Shown piece by piece: positions 43,466-52,447 of a DNA stretch of 64,000 bases (the first letter of the stretch is position 1; the number at the start of each line of letters is the position of its first letter). Both the position numbers and the translations under genes were made by a program. The DNA is from Nitrospirota bacterium (lineage in GTDB: Bacteria > Nitrospirota > Nitrospiria > Nitrospirales > NS-4), in assembly GCA_963788195.1 (NCBI GenBank), contig CAWBGA010000017.1, positions 288,001 to 352,000 on the forward strand, written 5' to 3'. Under the pieces are notes generated by a model. The model saw nothing but the letters and a program-made list of their open reading frames with translations, had not been told where the DNA came from and did not search any database.

Positions 43466-44478
43466 GTGGTGGTTCGACAAGCTCACCACGAACGGTTTTT
43501 GTTTCTCCGCCTGATTCTCTTCTGTTGCCTCCTCGCTCTTTCCCCTGACCTCTTCGCTGCCACATGGATCTATACCGCGAATGAAGGCGACGGCAGCATC
43601 TCGGTCGTCGACGCGGATTCCGGCAAACGGACGGCGACCCTCCCAGGCCTGCGCGGGCCGCACAATATTCACCTGGGGCCGGATGGCATGCTGTACCTGA
43701 CGGACGGCCCCGCCAATCAGGCCGTCAAAGTGGACCCGCAGGGGCTTCGTATTCTGGCTCGATGGCCTGTCGGGCGTGGCCCGGCGCATGTGGTCATGAC
43801 TCCCGATACGAAACTTCTGCTTATCACCAATTCCGATTCAGGGGATCTGACGATCACTGACGCCGCCTCGCTTAAAACAATCACGACCGTTCCGGTCGGC
43901 CGGACACCGCACGGCATTGCTCTCTCGCCGAATGGGAGATTCGCCTACATCGCGAACCTCGGCAGCCGCGACCTGGCTATTTTTGATGTAGCGGCTAGAA
44001 CGCTGGTCGGCTCCGTGGCCCTTGAAGACGCCGCCGTCCAGGCATGGGTGGATCCGCAAGGCCGGTTTGTTTATGTGACCGGATCGGGTACAGCCCAGAT
44101 TTTTAAGATCGATGCAGCCTCAAGAGAGGTCGTCGCTCGAATCCCGGTCGGCAAACGTCCGGCACAGACTCGGCGTATCTCCCGACGGGAAATTCGTGAT
44201 CTCCTGTGATCAGGAAGCCGGGGAGCTGACCATCATCGATGCCGCCACAGATCGAGTCGTGACGGCACCTGTCTCTCGGCAAATGGACGCATGGGCTCTC
44301 GTTCAGCTCGAACGGCAAGCAGGTGTACGTAACCAACACCCAGAGTGATGACGTCTCGATCGTGGACCTCGGCACTCTGACCGAAGTCAAACGCGTCAAG
44401 GTGGGCAAGCGGCCGAACGGCATCGCCGCCAGCTATCCGAACAGTTTTATCTCAGCCGGCGGCCAGCCACAGCCTTAG
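43466..44478 (+). CDS. exported YVTN/YncE beta-propeller protein (frameshifts near 44170, 44275; start uncertain)
   Basis: IYTANEG, PVGRGP.HV, PVGRTPHGIALSPNG.FAYIAN, VYVTN; signal peptide. Confidence 0.8.
43469..43495 (+). repeat. REP-like palindromic element
   Basis: GTGGTTCGACAAGCTCACCACGAACGG, resembling the widespread TTCGACAAGCTCA intergenic repeat type. Confidence 0.55.
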
Positions 44479-44987
44479 GGCCGCTGATCGCGCACGCACC
44501 AGACCCGCCGGTTCAAGTGCTTGCCGTCAACCGTGACCTGGCCGGTGAAGAAGCTCACGTGCCATGCCAGAATCCGATCCTTGGCGTCCGGCGTAGAGGT
44601 CCAGTAGATCGCCGACTTTACATTGGAAAAGGGATGGCCGTCGGGGAGCGCGGGGTCCGCCTGCGAGAGATCCACAAGGCTGGCCAGCTCTTCCTTTGTC
44701 GGAACCCGCCATTCCTCCCGACCCCCTGTCGTTCTTCCGCGACAATAGTCTGGAGCATCCGCCCATCCCAGATGCTGGACGCCAGGGGATTGCTCCCATA
44801 CAAGTCCCGTCTTGTTGTCAACCACCGCCGCACCGCCCATCACGAGCGTAAAGCGGTCTGACGCCGCGGCCGATAGCCGCCACGAACAAGACGCCCCAGA
44901 TGAGACTGGGCACGGAGAGTCTCAGTACAGGTATCAAAGCGAAGCTCCGGCTGTGCCGGGGTCCGGGGGCATCGGAGCCATTCTCAT
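44475..44987 (-). CDS. DUF1566 (Lcl C-terminal-like) protein; N-terminus frameshifted
   Basis: D..TGLVWEQ, W..A..YC, WRVPTKEELASL, YWTST, VWCVR. Confidence 0.8.
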
Positions 44988-46168
44988 GGCGTACGGGCCC
45001 CCGTGCGAATAGACTCACGATCACTCCCCGGCGTAATAGAGCCTAACACCACCTCGCGCTTCGCGCCCGTGACGGCAGGCAGATTGCAGGGCACACCGCG
45101 CAACGCTTGATAGGCGAATACGGCAAACGCGACGGCTTCGAGGGCTCGCCCATTCCATCCGAGAGCCTCAACCGGCCGGACTGGCGTGCTCCCCCAGGCA
45201 TCCTGGAGCATTTCCATTAAGGTTAAGTTCTTCGCGCCGCCTCCGCAAATGAGTACTTCATCGACGCATCCCGAGAGAAATCGCTCTCCGTCCGCTATCG
45301 TTTGCGCAGTATAGGCAGTCGCCGTGGCCATGAGGTCGGCGGGGGTTATCGAAGGCCGCCGCGCGGCGCGAATCAAGTCTTTTAAGAATTCGTCTCCGAA
45401 CTCTTCCCGGCCTGTTGACTTGGGCGGGCGACGTCGCAGGTAGGGATGGCGCTGCATCCTTTTCAGAAGGCCCTGGTGCACTCTTCCCTTGGCCGCCAAC
45501 CGACCACCTCGATCAAATGTCTCCCGGCCATTTGTCAGACGACGGATGATCCCGTCAAGGACCATGTTACCTGGGCCGGTATCAAATGCGCGCACCGCCC
45601 GCAACGATCCTTGCGCTGGAAGGAAGGTGAGATTACTGATGCCGCCAATGTTCACCACCGCCCGAGTGCGCCGTGCATCCTGAAAGAGTAAATGGTGGAG
45701 ATACGGAGCAAGCGGGGCGCCTTGGCCGCCGATAGCCATGTCTCGTGTTCTGAAATCCGCTACAGTCTGTATGCCGGTGCGTTCCGCAATGACTGTTGGC
45801 GATCCAAGTTGAAGGGTTGAACGGAGCTCCCCGACTCCAGCTTCATGCCGTGGTATTGGGACATGCTGAAAGGTTTGTCCATGCGATCCAATGAGGGCGA
45901 CGTCGCGAGTCGACAGAGAAGCGAGGCGCCTCACGCGCAACGCCGCACGCGCCAACCACTCGCCAAGCGCCACATTGAGATGACAGATGTCGGGCAATCC
46001 TCCGTCCGTCATCGCGGTCAACAGGCGCACACGAAAATCAGCGGGGTACGGAAAAGTTCGAAAGGCAATCAGTTTAAGCGTTAACTTGTGCCCCGTGCCG
46101 GTGATGTCGACAACGGCTGCGTCCACACCATCCGCGGAGGTCCCGGACATGAGTCCGATCACCTTCAT
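44984..46168 (-). CDS. anmK: anhydro-N-acetylmuramic acid kinase
   Basis: IGLMSGTSADGVD, GSHGQT, GGQGAPL, NIGGISN, FDTGPGN, PKSTGREEF. Confidence 0.96.
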   Translation of the reverse strand: MKVIGLMSGTSADGVDAAVVDITGTGHKLTLKLIAFRTFPYPADFRVRLLTAMTDGGLPDICHLNVALGEWLARAALRVRRLASLSTRDVALIGSHGQTFQHVPIPRHEAGVGELRSTLQLGSPTVIAERTGIQTVADFRTRDMAIGGQGAPLAPYLHHLLFQDARRTRAVVNIGGISNLTFLPAQGSLRAVRAFDTGPGNMVLDGIIRRLTNGRETFDRGGRLAAKGRVHQGLLKRMQRHPYLRRRPPKSTGREEFGDEFLKDLIRAARRPSITPADLMATATAYTAQTIADGERFLSGCVDEVLICGGGAKNLTLMEMLQDAWGSTPVRPVEALGWNGRALEAVAFAVFAYQALRGVPCNLPAVTGAKREVVLGSITPGSDRESIRTGARTP

Positions 46169-46366
46169 GGAAGCTCAGGGTCCAGCGCAAGTGAGCCGCC
46201 GGTGCTCGAGGGGATTAGACATCCCAGTAAGTATATCTGCCTCATTCGGCCATCCGAAAGGCTACGTGAAAAGCTCCGTGAGGTCAAGGAACTGGATTGG
46301 AACGCCGGATAGTGATAACGTTGACAAAAGAAAGGCCGGACCGTGCCTCGCGGCGAAAGAGTCACC

Positions 46367-46573
46367 ATGCAACTCGGTTTCATCGGTCTGGGCAAGATGG
46401 GTATGAACATGGTCGCACGGTTACGTCAGGGTCGCCACGATCTTGTCACCTATGACCTGTCGCCGGATCTCGTCCGCGAGTCCGAGGCATGGCAGGAAGA
46501 GTCCTTCGCGGAAAAAATGCTGGCCGCCATGCGCAAAGCTTTCGGCGGTCACGCCGTCAAGAAACGGGAGTAA
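46367..46573 (+). pseudogene. gnd: 6-phosphogluconate dehydrogenase with large in-frame internal deletion (68 aa)
   Basis: N-terminus MQLGFIGLGKMGMNM joined directly to C-terminus QEESFAEKMLAAMRKAFGGHAVK. Confidence 0.85.
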
Positions 46574-46581
46574 AGACCGCC

Positions 46582-48093
46582 ATGGCAGAGTTGCCCCATA
46601 CCCTCCCCCCAAAACCCTGTACCCTGGTCATTTTCGGTGGGTCCGGCGATCTCTCTCGCCGGAAACTCCTTCCAGCCCTGTACAATCTGTTTCTCGATGG
46701 TCAACTGCCCGACAACTACGCGGTGACCGGTACCGGCCGCACACCTCTCAGCGACGACGACTTCCGTAAGTTCGCGCGGGAAGGTATCATGAAATACTCG
46801 CGGCAACCTTTGAATGACTCGATCTGGGAGAAGTTCGAGCAGCGGCTCTTCTGGGTCACGGGCGCTGTCAATCAACCGCAGTCCTATCTGGACTTGCGGG
46901 CGCGGCTCCTCGACATTGAAGCCAAGTTCAACCTCCCGGGAAGTCGCATCTTTTACCTGGCCATTCCACCGACGGCGATTGTCGTGACTGTCGAGGGGCT
47001 GTGGAAAGCTGGGCTTGCCCAGCCCGTCAGCGAGCAGAAGACCTTCTCCCGTATCATTATCGAAAAGCCCATCGGCCGGGATCTTACTTCCGCCTGGGAG
47101 ATCAATGAGGCGGTGGCCAGGGTTTTTGATGAATCCCAGGTTTTCCGAATCGACCACTACCTCGGGAAAGAGACGGTCCAGAATCTCTTAGTCATCCGGT
47201 TTGCGAACAGCATCTTTGAGCCGATCTGGAATTATAAGAACATCGATCACATCCAGATCACCGTGGCGGAGGCTGAGGGCGTGGGGACCCGCGCGAGCTA
47301 CTATGAGGAAGCGGGAGCGTTGCGCGACATGGTCCAGAATCATATGCTGCAGCTCCTCTGTCTGATTGCCATGGAACCGCCGTACTCCTTGGAGGCGAAT
47401 GTCGTGCGGGACGCGCGCATGGATGTGCTGCGGTGCCTTCGCCCGATCACGGGGAAAGATGTGTTGAAATACACCGTCCGTGCGCAGTACAGCGCCGGGA
47501 CGGTGAATAAGGTGGACGTGCCGGGCTATCGACGCGAGTCGGAGGTCAAGTCCGACTCTACGACCGAAACCTTCGTGGCACTCAAGCTTTTTTTGGACAA
47601 CTGGCGATGGTCGGGAGTGCCCTTCTACCTCCGCACCGGAAAAGCGCTGGCCAAGCGGGCCAGTGAAGTTGCCGTATATTTCAAAGAGATTCCCCAGATC
47701 CTTTTTAATACGGATCCGGAGCATCCACTTGCACCGAACGTGCTGGTGTTGAACATTCAGCCTGAAGAAGGCCTGTCGCTGCGCATTATTTCAAAAGTGC
47801 CCGGCACCAAGGCCAGGACCCATCCCGTCGAAATGCATTTTCGGTACGGGGAAGCGTTCGGAGTGCCCTCACCGGAAGCCTATGAACGATTGCTGTTGGA
47901 CGTGATGGCCGGCGACGCATCCCTGTTTATGCGGCGGGATATGGTCGAGGCCTCCTGGGCATGGATCACGCCGATCCTTGAAGGCTGGCAGCAGCACGGT
48001 ACCAAATGGTTGTCGGAATACGAACCCGGAACGATGGGTCCCATCGAAGCGGAACGGCTGATACAGTCTGACGGCCGCACCTGGCATAACTGA
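46582..48093 (+). CDS. zwf: glucose-6-phosphate 1-dehydrogenase
   Basis: FGGSGDL, EKPIG, RIDHYLGKETVQN, RWSGVPFYLRTGK. Confidence 0.97.
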   Translation: MAELPHTLPPKPCTLVIFGGSGDLSRRKLLPALYNLFLDGQLPDNYAVTGTGRTPLSDDDFRKFAREGIMKYSRQPLNDSIWEKFEQRLFWVTGAVNQPQSYLDLRARLLDIEAKFNLPGSRIFYLAIPPTAIVVTVEGLWKAGLAQPVSEQKTFSRIIIEKPIGRDLTSAWEINEAVARVFDESQVFRIDHYLGKETVQNLLVIRFANSIFEPIWNYKNIDHIQITVAEAEGVGTRASYYEEAGALRDMVQNHMLQLLCLIAMEPPYSLEANVVRDARMDVLRCLRPITGKDVLKYTVRAQYSAGTVNKVDVPGYRRESEVKSDSTTETFVALKLFLDNWRWSGVPFYLRTGKALAKRASEVAVYFKEIPQILFNTDPEHPLAPNVLVLNIQPEEGLSLRIISKVPGTKARTHPVEMHFRYGEAFGVPSPEAYERLLLDVMAGDASLFMRRDMVEASWAWITPILEGWQQHGTKWLSEYEPGTMGPIEAERLIQSDGRTWHN

Positions 48094-48106
48094 CCTTCGC
48101 CGTTCG

Positions 48107-48135
48107 TTGACATTGCAGGACCGGGCTGTTAGGTT
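48107..48135 (+). promoter_or_regulatory. sigma70-type promoter of the metal ABC operon (near-leaderless)
   Basis: TTGACA-N17-TAGGTT with TG extension; ATG follows 5 nt after the -10. Confidence 0.5.
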
Positions 48136-48140
48136 CGGCC

Positions 48141-49022
48141 ATGCTGACACCTGCGATCGCTGCCGTCCGCGCAGTCATTTTTTTTCTGATTTTCAATACA
48201 ACGCCCGCCTTCGCCACACCGCTGAAAGTGGTGGCCACCCTTCCTATTCTTAAGGAGTTCGCGGAGCACGTGGGTGGCGAGCATGTCGAGGTAATCTCCT
48301 TAATTACCGGCTATGAGAGCGAACATTCCTACTCGCCCAAACCGAGCGATCTAAAGGCTCTCAGCGAGGCCCGGCTCCTGCTCGAGATCGGGCTTGGTTT
48401 GGAGATATGGCTCCAAGGCCTGGTAAAAAATGCGGGGAGTTCCGGCTTGCGAGTCGTCACGACCTCACGCGACATCTCCGTCATCCGGGACACCGACGAT
48501 CCTGGCTCCCAAGGCAACCCGCATATATGGCTTGACCCTGAGAACGCGAGGATCATGACGGGGCACATCGCACAGGCGCTCATCGAAGTCGACCCGGCCC
48601 ACACGCTCGTATACCGCACCAATCTCGAGAACTATCTCAAGCGCCTGAGCGATTCCGAACGGGAACTCAAGGGACATGTCGCTATGCTTCGTGACCGGCG
48701 GATCGTCACCTATCATCCCGCGTGGCCCTATTTCGCAAGGCGGTTCGGCTTTCGAATCGAGGGCGACATCATTCGGCAGGTCGGATCAGAACCCAGCGCC
48801 GCCCAACTTGCCAGGCTGGCGCGCCGCATGAAGACCGAAAAGATCAAAGTGATCGTCTCAGAGCCTCAGCTGAATCAGAAATTGGCGCAAACTCTGGCCA
48901 TGGAAACAGGCGCGCGTATTGTGCTGCTTTCCACGCTGCCTGGCGCAATTAAAGGCACGGAGACCTACCTGTCGATGCTGCACTACGATATCGCAAAGCT
49001 GGTCGAAGCCCTGCGGTTATAG
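48141..49022 (+). CDS. Zn/Mn ABC transporter substrate-binding protein (ZnuA/TroA-like)
   Basis: EHSYSPKPSD, NPHIWLDP, YHPAWPYFA. Confidence 0.93.
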   Translation: MLTPAIAAVRAVIFFLIFNTTPAFATPLKVVATLPILKEFAEHVGGEHVEVISLITGYESEHSYSPKPSDLKALSEARLLLEIGLGLEIWLQGLVKNAGSSGLRVVTTSRDISVIRDTDDPGSQGNPHIWLDPENARIMTGHIAQALIEVDPAHTLVYRTNLENYLKRLSDSERELKGHVAMLRDRRIVTYHPAWPYFARRFGFRIEGDIIRQVGSEPSAAQLARLARRMKTEKIKVIVSEPQLNQKLAQTLAMETGARIVLLSTLPGAIKGTETYLSMLHYDIAKLVEALRL

Positions 49023-49031
49023 GCCCAGCCA

Positions 49032-49847
49032 ATGGGACACGTCCACCCGCACCACCGTGATGATCATCACGGCAGACCGCTCATCCGCTTCGAACATGCG
49101 ACGTTTCGCTATCCCCATGGCACGGCGCTTGAGGACATCACATTCGAGATTGAGGACGGTGAGTTCGTCGGGATCATCGGACCCAACGGTTCCGGGAAGA
49201 CAACATTGCTGCGAGCCATCCTCGGACTCATGCCGCCCTCATCCGGATCGCTCCAAATTTTCGATTGCGCCTGCCAAGAGCTACGGTGCTACCACCGCGC
49301 CCGCATCGGGTATCTCCCCCAAAAAGAAGGCGTGGATCCGGACTTCCCAATCACGGTTGAGGAAACGGTGATGATGGGCCGCTCCGGCGTTATCGGCCTG
49401 TTCCGCCGGCCGGCCAAGGCCGACCGGGAGATTGTTCTTCATGCGCTCGAGGACGTCGGTATGGCGGACTTCAGCCGCCGCGCATTGGGAGCGCTATCGG
49501 GTGGTCAGCAGCAGCGGGTGTTTATCGCCAGGGCTCTCGCCCAGCACCCGCAGGTCCTACTCTTGGACGAGCCTACGACCGGCATTGATACTCCCACCCA
49601 ACATACCATTCTGGAACTCATCCGACACCTGCACCGGGACCTCCACCTGACGGTTCTCCTCGTCTCGCATGATATCAATCTCATTGCTCCGCTTGCAGAT
49701 CGCCTCGCGCTGCTCAAGACCCGATTATACGCCTTGGGGCCGGCCAAGGAGGTCCTCCGGGAGGAAATTCTTGCTCAGGTGTACGGGCCCGAGGCCGTCA
49801 AAACCGAGGCCGGACACGTTCTCATCGCGGATCATCACCACCGCTAG
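49032..49847 (+). CDS. Zn/Mn ABC transporter ATPase (ZnuC-like)
   Basis: GPNGSGKTT, LSGGQQQR, LLDEPT; His-rich termini. Confidence 0.95.
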   Translation: MGHVHPHHRDDHHGRPLIRFEHATFRYPHGTALEDITFEIEDGEFVGIIGPNGSGKTTLLRAILGLMPPSSGSLQIFDCACQELRCYHRARIGYLPQKEGVDPDFPITVEETVMMGRSGVIGLFRRPAKADREIVLHALEDVGMADFSRRALGALSGGQQQRVFIARALAQHPQVLLLDEPTTGIDTPTQHTILELIRHLHRDLHLTVLLVSHDINLIAPLADRLALLKTRLYALGPAKEVLREEILAQVYGPEAVKTEAGHVLIADHHHR

Positions 49848-50226
49848 GGGAAGGGAGTTTGTCTTGGCAAACTCCAGGGCGGGCGGGTGCTAATGGGGAA
49901 GGAGTTTGTCCCACGGGACAAGGCGCTGTCCAGGGGATAAGGAGTCTGTCCTGGCAGACTCCAGGTGGGTGGGTGCAATGGCAGCGCCGGGGTGGGGGGT
50001 GAAATGAGATTTCAGGGCGGGGGCAATGAGCAAACAAAAGAACAGAGAAACTACCCCGGCGGCCTTAAAATAATCATCAGGCCGTCACGGGAGAATGAGC
50101 TCGTCTTGGCGAGCTCAAGGGTGGGCTGGGTGCGATGTCGAGCAAGCTTTGTTTGGCGGGCGGGTGCCAGGGGAAAAAGAATCTGTCTTGGCAGATTCAG
50201 GGTGGGTGGGTGAAATTGTGGGTGTA
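49844..50226 (+). repeat. mosaic intergenic repeat cluster C between ATPase and permease genes
   Basis: Units 49847-49890, 49933-49978, 50088-50133, 50170-50213; interrupted units 49915-50002 and 49895-50024; module B 50049-50083 plus 50137-50156. Confidence 0.92.
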
Positions 50227-50231
50227 ACCGC

Positions 50232-51056
50232 GTGATTGCCGATTTTCTCACCCTGAGCTTTCTCCAGCGAGCCCTGATCGCTGCGGCTCTCACCGGCGGC
50301 CTGTGCTCCGTCATTGGCGTCTTCGTTGTGTTGCGCGGCCTGGCGTTTATCGGGGCCGGCACGGCCCACGCAGCGTTCGCGGGTGTGACTCTCGCCTACC
50401 TTGTCGGACTACCCGCGATGCCTCTTGCGATTGCCTTTGGACTTGCGACAATCTGGATCACCGGCTTATTGGAAGAGCGTGGCCGTATGAAGCTGGACGT
50501 CAGCATAGGGATTTTCTATACGGCGACAATGGCTCTTGCCATCCTGTTTATCGGCTTGATGAAAGCCTACAATTCCGAGGTGTACGGGTACCTCTTCGGG
50601 AGCATCCTATCGGTCACCCGTGAGGAGCTTCTCTTTGGTGGCGTGCTTGTGGTGATCGTCGTGGGTCTGGTCTTTCTCTTCTCCAAGGAATTTTTCTTTA
50701 TCGCCTTCGACCAGAAGATGGCCGAGGCGTCCGGGGTCCCGGCGCGCCGTCTCTTTTTCCTGTTGCTGAGTTTGGTGGCCCTGACCATTGTCGTCTCCCT
50801 AAAGACGGTCGGGGCGATCCTCGTGTTTGCGCTTCTGCTCATTCCGGCATCCACCGCCTACCAACTGACCTCCAGTCTGCGGGGAATGATGGGGTATTCC
50901 GCTGCCATCGGCATCTTAGTCTCCTGCATCGGTGTACTATTATCCTTTCGATTCGACCTGCCCACTGGCCCCACCATTGTGCTGTTGGCAACGGCCGTCT
51001 TCTTTGCTTCCGTGGCGTTTTCCCCAAAGCGCGTTCGACGCGCGCTACATGCTTGA
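50232..51056 (+). CDS. Zn/Mn ABC transporter permease (ZnuB-like)
   Basis: FLQRALIA, HAAFAG, YLFGSIL, VGAILV.ALL.IP, GPTIV. Confidence 0.95.
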   Translation: MIADFLTLSFLQRALIAAALTGGLCSVIGVFVVLRGLAFIGAGTAHAAFAGVTLAYLVGLPAMPLAIAFGLATIWITGLLEERGRMKLDVSIGIFYTATMALAILFIGLMKAYNSEVYGYLFGSILSVTREELLFGGVLVVIVVGLVFLFSKEFFFIAFDQKMAEASGVPARRLFFLLLSLVALTIVVSLKTVGAILVFALLLIPASTAYQLTSSLRGMMGYSAAIGILVSCIGVLLSFRFDLPTGPTIVLLATAVFFASVAFSPKRVRRALHA

Positions 51057-51238
51057 CAAACGCGTCAGGGGACCATTACGCTCCGCGCTAGTGCCGGCGC
51101 CTACCGAGGAGGTACAGATTCTGTTCCCCCATAGGTGGTAGGTTACGATGGAGACGTGCGAAGACCCCAGGAATACCGTCCGCCTGGAGGAATTCGGGAA
51201 CGAGAAGACGTCGGATGGTAGGATTTGGAGAATGCCCG

Positions 51239-51489
51239 ATGAAAACTGGTATCGTGTTAGCAGGATTGATGATGACATCTGCACTCCTTATTGGAGGCTG
51301 CGGACAGAGCACTGAGCCACCGCCGGAAACTAAGAAACCCGCCGAAGTTCCACCACCGGCGACCAGTTCGCCGGCACCGACGACGCCGGAATCTGCCCCC
51401 GGCGGAGCTCCCTCGACTTCCACCCCTGGTGGAACGACCGGCCCGGCGGAGCGACGCCTCCAAGCACTCCGGCACCTGCAGGCAAATAG
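51239..51489 (+). CDS. small Pro/Thr-rich lipoprotein (probable frameshift near 51440)
   Basis: MKTGIVLAGLMMTSALLIGGC lipobox; shifted frame ends PPSTPAPAGK*. Confidence 0.7.
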
Positions 51490-51496
51490 CTCGAGT

Positions 51497-51523
51497 CCCC
51501 CGGGCCGGTTGTTGGCCCGGGGG
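51497..51523. terminator. GC-rich hairpin between convergent genes
   Basis: CCCCCGGGCC-N7-GGCCCGGGGG, 10-bp stem; no clear U-tract. Confidence 0.55.
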
Positions 51524-51559
51524 TTCCTCAACAAGCCTCGTTGGGCATGACTCTGCCAG

Positions 51560-52447
51560 CTATGATTCGCACGATTCTACCCGGGGTTGGTCGGGTTGAC
51601 CCGCGGCAATCCAGTCTATCGTCATCCGGACCATGCCGGGCGATTCCTCGAGGATGTTTTCCAGCAGCAATGCGATTTCAGCCATACTGATGGCGCTCGA
51701 TCGCGCAAGATACAATCGCGGCAAGGCACTGTCGGGCCTGCACGTCGGCGGGCTCAAAATAACCCGTGAGTATTCCATCCTCGTAGGCTTCCAAAAGCCG
51801 GTTCCAAAACAATTCCACAGCCTCCGTATCCCAATCGATTTGAAACCGATTCGTCACTTCCAGTTTGTTCCATATGGCCCAGCCTACAAAAACTCCCCAG
51901 GTCTCATTCAATGCGTCCCAACCCTCGCTTTCGGCAAGTCTCCGATGCTCAGTAGATACTCTTCGTTGCTGGGTTTTCTGCCCGGGACCGGCTACCACGT
52001 CCACAACCGTGTATCGGCACGCCAACAGCCGCTTGGCTTCGTCCCGAATTCGCGCCGCTTCTTCCGGCATTCTCGCTGACCCGGCGGCGAAGTCGAGATA
52101 GTCGAAATACGCGTGAAAGAACTCATGGTACATCGTCGCGAGTTCGTGGTTGCTGATATCGCGGACAGGGCGAAAGCGCGTCCCTGGTGATTCTCTGACA
52201 GCGCCAGGTGGAAGACCATGCGGTGTCCGGCCGGATGGTACTCGGCCGCGGCCGTCTTAAGTTCCGCAAATTCCAGTTGCACGAACTCCGCCGGCAACAA
52301 GGTGAGAAAGCGGGCGGGCAAGCCGGCTTCCGCCAATTCCTTCGTGAAGCGCGCCCATTCCAGCGGTGAGTCCGGAACACGAACCGCCAACGCCGACATG
52401 GGCAGCAGGAGAAGGATCAGAAGGCTAGTAGGAACGATCGTCTTCAT
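51560..52447 (-). CDS. exported protein with HExxH metalloprotease-like motif (frameshifts near 52165, 51730)
   Basis: Signal peptide MKTIVPTSLLILLLL; YHEFFHAY; downstream NE. Confidence 0.65.
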
